Below are positions 61,825-64,000 of a stretch of DNA of 64,000 nt, in pieces (within the stretch, counting starts at the first letter, position 1; each line of letters starts with the position of its first letter). The DNA comes from Squalus acanthias (Eukaryota): contig CM059432.1 of the NCBI GenBank assembly GCA_030390025.1, positions 93,188,001-93,252,000 of the forward strand, in the 5' to 3' direction. A model generated the notes under the pieces. It had not been told where the DNA came from. It ran no database searches and saw only the letters and a list, made by a program, of their open reading frames with translations. The position numbers and the translations under genes are program-made.

Positions 61825-61961
61825 TCCACAGATGTTGCCTAACCTGCTGAGTATTTCCAGCATTTTCTGTTTTTATTATAGAAGAGAAGCACAGTTCTGA
61901 TGAAACGTTAATTCTGTTTCTCTCCACAGATGCTGCCTGACCGGTTGAGTGTTTCCAGCAG
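61825..61961 (+). mobile_element. Two tandem, degraded Penelope pLTR fragments
   Basis: Two copies of tccacagatg.tgcct.acc.g.tgagt.tttccagca separated by a hammerhead remnant, agttctgatgaaacgttaa. Confidence 0.65.
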
Positions 61962-62223
61962 TTTAATAGCAGAAAAGCACATGTAAGTCACCTGCTCAAT
62001 ACTCAATCACAGACTTTGGAAAAGATAAAACCACTTTAAGAGAGGCATTCATTGGCAACGCACTAAAATGACAATTCTAAAGTGAAAATTGAAAGCTTAT
62101 TAAACACGCAAGGTCAGTACTTGAGCACTGTTTTTGAAACATTAATTTTAGCACTGCTATTTTATAGCATCTGTAGGATGTGACAGTTCACCCTTATACA
62201 GTACAGGATACAAACAGAATTGT

Positions 62224-64000
62224 AGGCTGGAATTTTAACAGGAAAGAGTGAGTGGGTTCTAGAGTGGGTGGGTGGTTAAATGCGTTGAAATTGACAGCGA
62301 GTCAGGAAGCCGGCTTCAACCCGCCGGTGTCCACATTTCACTCGAGCGCGTTCAGCTGTGAGCGAGAAACCCCCTCGGGAGAGGCGAGTTACCAATTTAA
62401 AGCAATTAACAGCTAGTTAAGAGTCTATTAATAGCCTTTTTTACATGGGTTTTCAAGTTTAACTGTGTGTGCACGGGATTCCCGGGCTTCCTGGACCTCA
62501 CCAGTAAAAGCAAGGTGAGAGCACAGCAGCAATTGAGGGGGGCTGAACAAATGGGAGGCAAAAAATCACATAAGTACTGAGACCTCACACCTGCTTCTTG
62601 CCTAAGTGAAAGGCTTTTGCTCACAGCACCTGCTCTGAGAGTTTGCTGTCAGTACTTTGCAGGTGGTGTCTACAACATTGGAGATGACTTTCACTACTTT
62701 GGAGGATTGTGCATCTGATCTCAACTTTACATCTGTCATATATCAGATCAGCATGGGTGTCGCTTATGCTGTTTCACCCTGAACCTCAGATGAGAACCAA
62801 GATGAGCACCAGCAGCAGCACCAGCAGCAGTCTTCTCCTCACTGACCTGCCGTTCCACAGGAGAGAGGCGATGAGCACAGGGGTGCAGCTCGCAGAAGGC
62901 GATACCCCCAACACACAGGGTATACAGGCAGAGGATCAGCTTCTCGGACATGACTGAACAGCAGTGCCTCAGGTATCTCGTCAGGTCGTGGCAGACATTT
63001 GTAGCCTGCTGGAAGAAGACCTGCTGCCAAGTGGACCTGGTGGACACATGTTACCAGTGGCAGTCAGTGACCACCGCCCTCAACTTATTCGCATCAGGCT
63101 CCTTCCAGGGATCTGCAGGAGATATTTGCAGGATTTTGCAGTCGGCCGCCCACAAATGCATCACTCAGGAGACCGATGCCATGTTTGCCACTTTATGTAC
63201 ACTTTACCACCGATGAAGTCAGTCAGAATGAGCGGGCGCTCGGGTTTGCGGCTCTGGCTGGCTTCCCACAAGTGAAGGGCGTCATCGACTGCACACATGT
63301 GGCCATCAAGGCACCCCCAGATCACCCAGGAGTGTTTGTGAACCGTAAGGGCTTCCACTCCATCAATGTGCAGCTCGTCTCCAACCACAAAAAGATCATT
63401 CAGGTGTGTGCCAGATTCCCAGGGAGCTGTCATGATTCATTCATCCTGTGCCAGTCTACCCTCCCTCAGCTCTTCACACCTCCAATCAGACTTACTGGCT
63501 GGCTGCTTGGAGGCAAGGGATATCCACTGAAGACGTGGCTGATGACACCTTTGAGGAGGCCAAGCAATGAGGCCGAAGAGCACTACAATCAAAGCCACAT
63601 CACGACCAGATGTGTAATAGAGCAAGCAATTGGGATGCTGAAGATGCACTTCGGGTGCCTGGACAGATCTGGAGACCTTCATACGAACCAGCCAGGGTCT
63701 CCAGAATGATCATGGTGTGCTGCGCTCTGCACAACATAGCATAGCAGTGAGGACTGGGGCTGCAGGAGGAATAAGGCGCAGAGCCTCTTTGGAGGAAGAG
63801 GAGAAAGAGGAGGAACTTGATGTGGACACGGCACCAGCAGCGGCACACACTGCTGCCCGGGATGGCCTCATAATAGCACGATTTAGTTAGATTGCACCAG
63901 TGCACCCATCTGGCACCCAGATGCTGAACCCACTTCCCCCCCCCCCCACCCCCCAGCACAAAGCAGTCCGACAATGACCAAACCATTGCTTTCACAGATA
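62224..64000 (+). mobile_element. PIF/Harbinger DNA transposon, continuing past the window end
   Basis: TIR-like aggctggaatttt at 62224 (compare GGGCTGGATTTT), followed by a transposase pseudogene. Confidence 0.8.
62753..63890 (+). pseudogene. Harbinger (HARBI1-like, DDE) transposase pseudogene
   Basis: Overlapping frames give [63 protein letters not shown] (catalytic D changed to G) and [20 protein letters not shown]. Several frameshifts and stops. Confidence 0.92.

Noticed and set aside
63176..63709. Domesticated host HARBI1 gene
   Set aside because: Multiple frameshifts and stops, a mutated catalytic Asp and an upstream TIR-like end indicate a dead transposon copy.

Overview
Repeat-dominated vertebrate genomic DNA, most likely a cartilaginous fish (shark-type CR1, DeuSINE-type SINE, Penelope and Harbinger families). 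I found no supportable host-gene exon. Bases 87-35368 are one array of about 1,400 copies of a 25-bp monomer (GAGCGGGAGATTCTGTGAGTAAACA). The array runs directly into the 5'UTR of a near-full-length, decayed CR1 LINE (ORF1 zinc finger/coiled coil/SGNH esterase; ORF2 AP-endonuclease plus RT). A candidate 7-bp target-site duplication (AAATGCA at 37-43 and 40286-40292) brackets array plus LINE, which suggests the satellite expanded inside the LINE 5'UTR. The ORF1/ORF2 junction carries a canonical -1 frameshift heptamer, T_TTA_AAC, followed directly by TAA. The remaining 24 kb is a nest of decayed elements: CR1, L2 and CR1/L2-group LINE fragments, two DeuSINE-type SINEs, several PIF/Harbinger relics and MITEs, a hAT MITE, Penelope ends including an intact-looking minimal hammerhead ribozyme, and a CpG-dense 21-bp minisatellite. 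The long ORFs in the repeats are best explained as by-products of stop-free monomers. Family names come from recognising motifs by eye, not from database searches.
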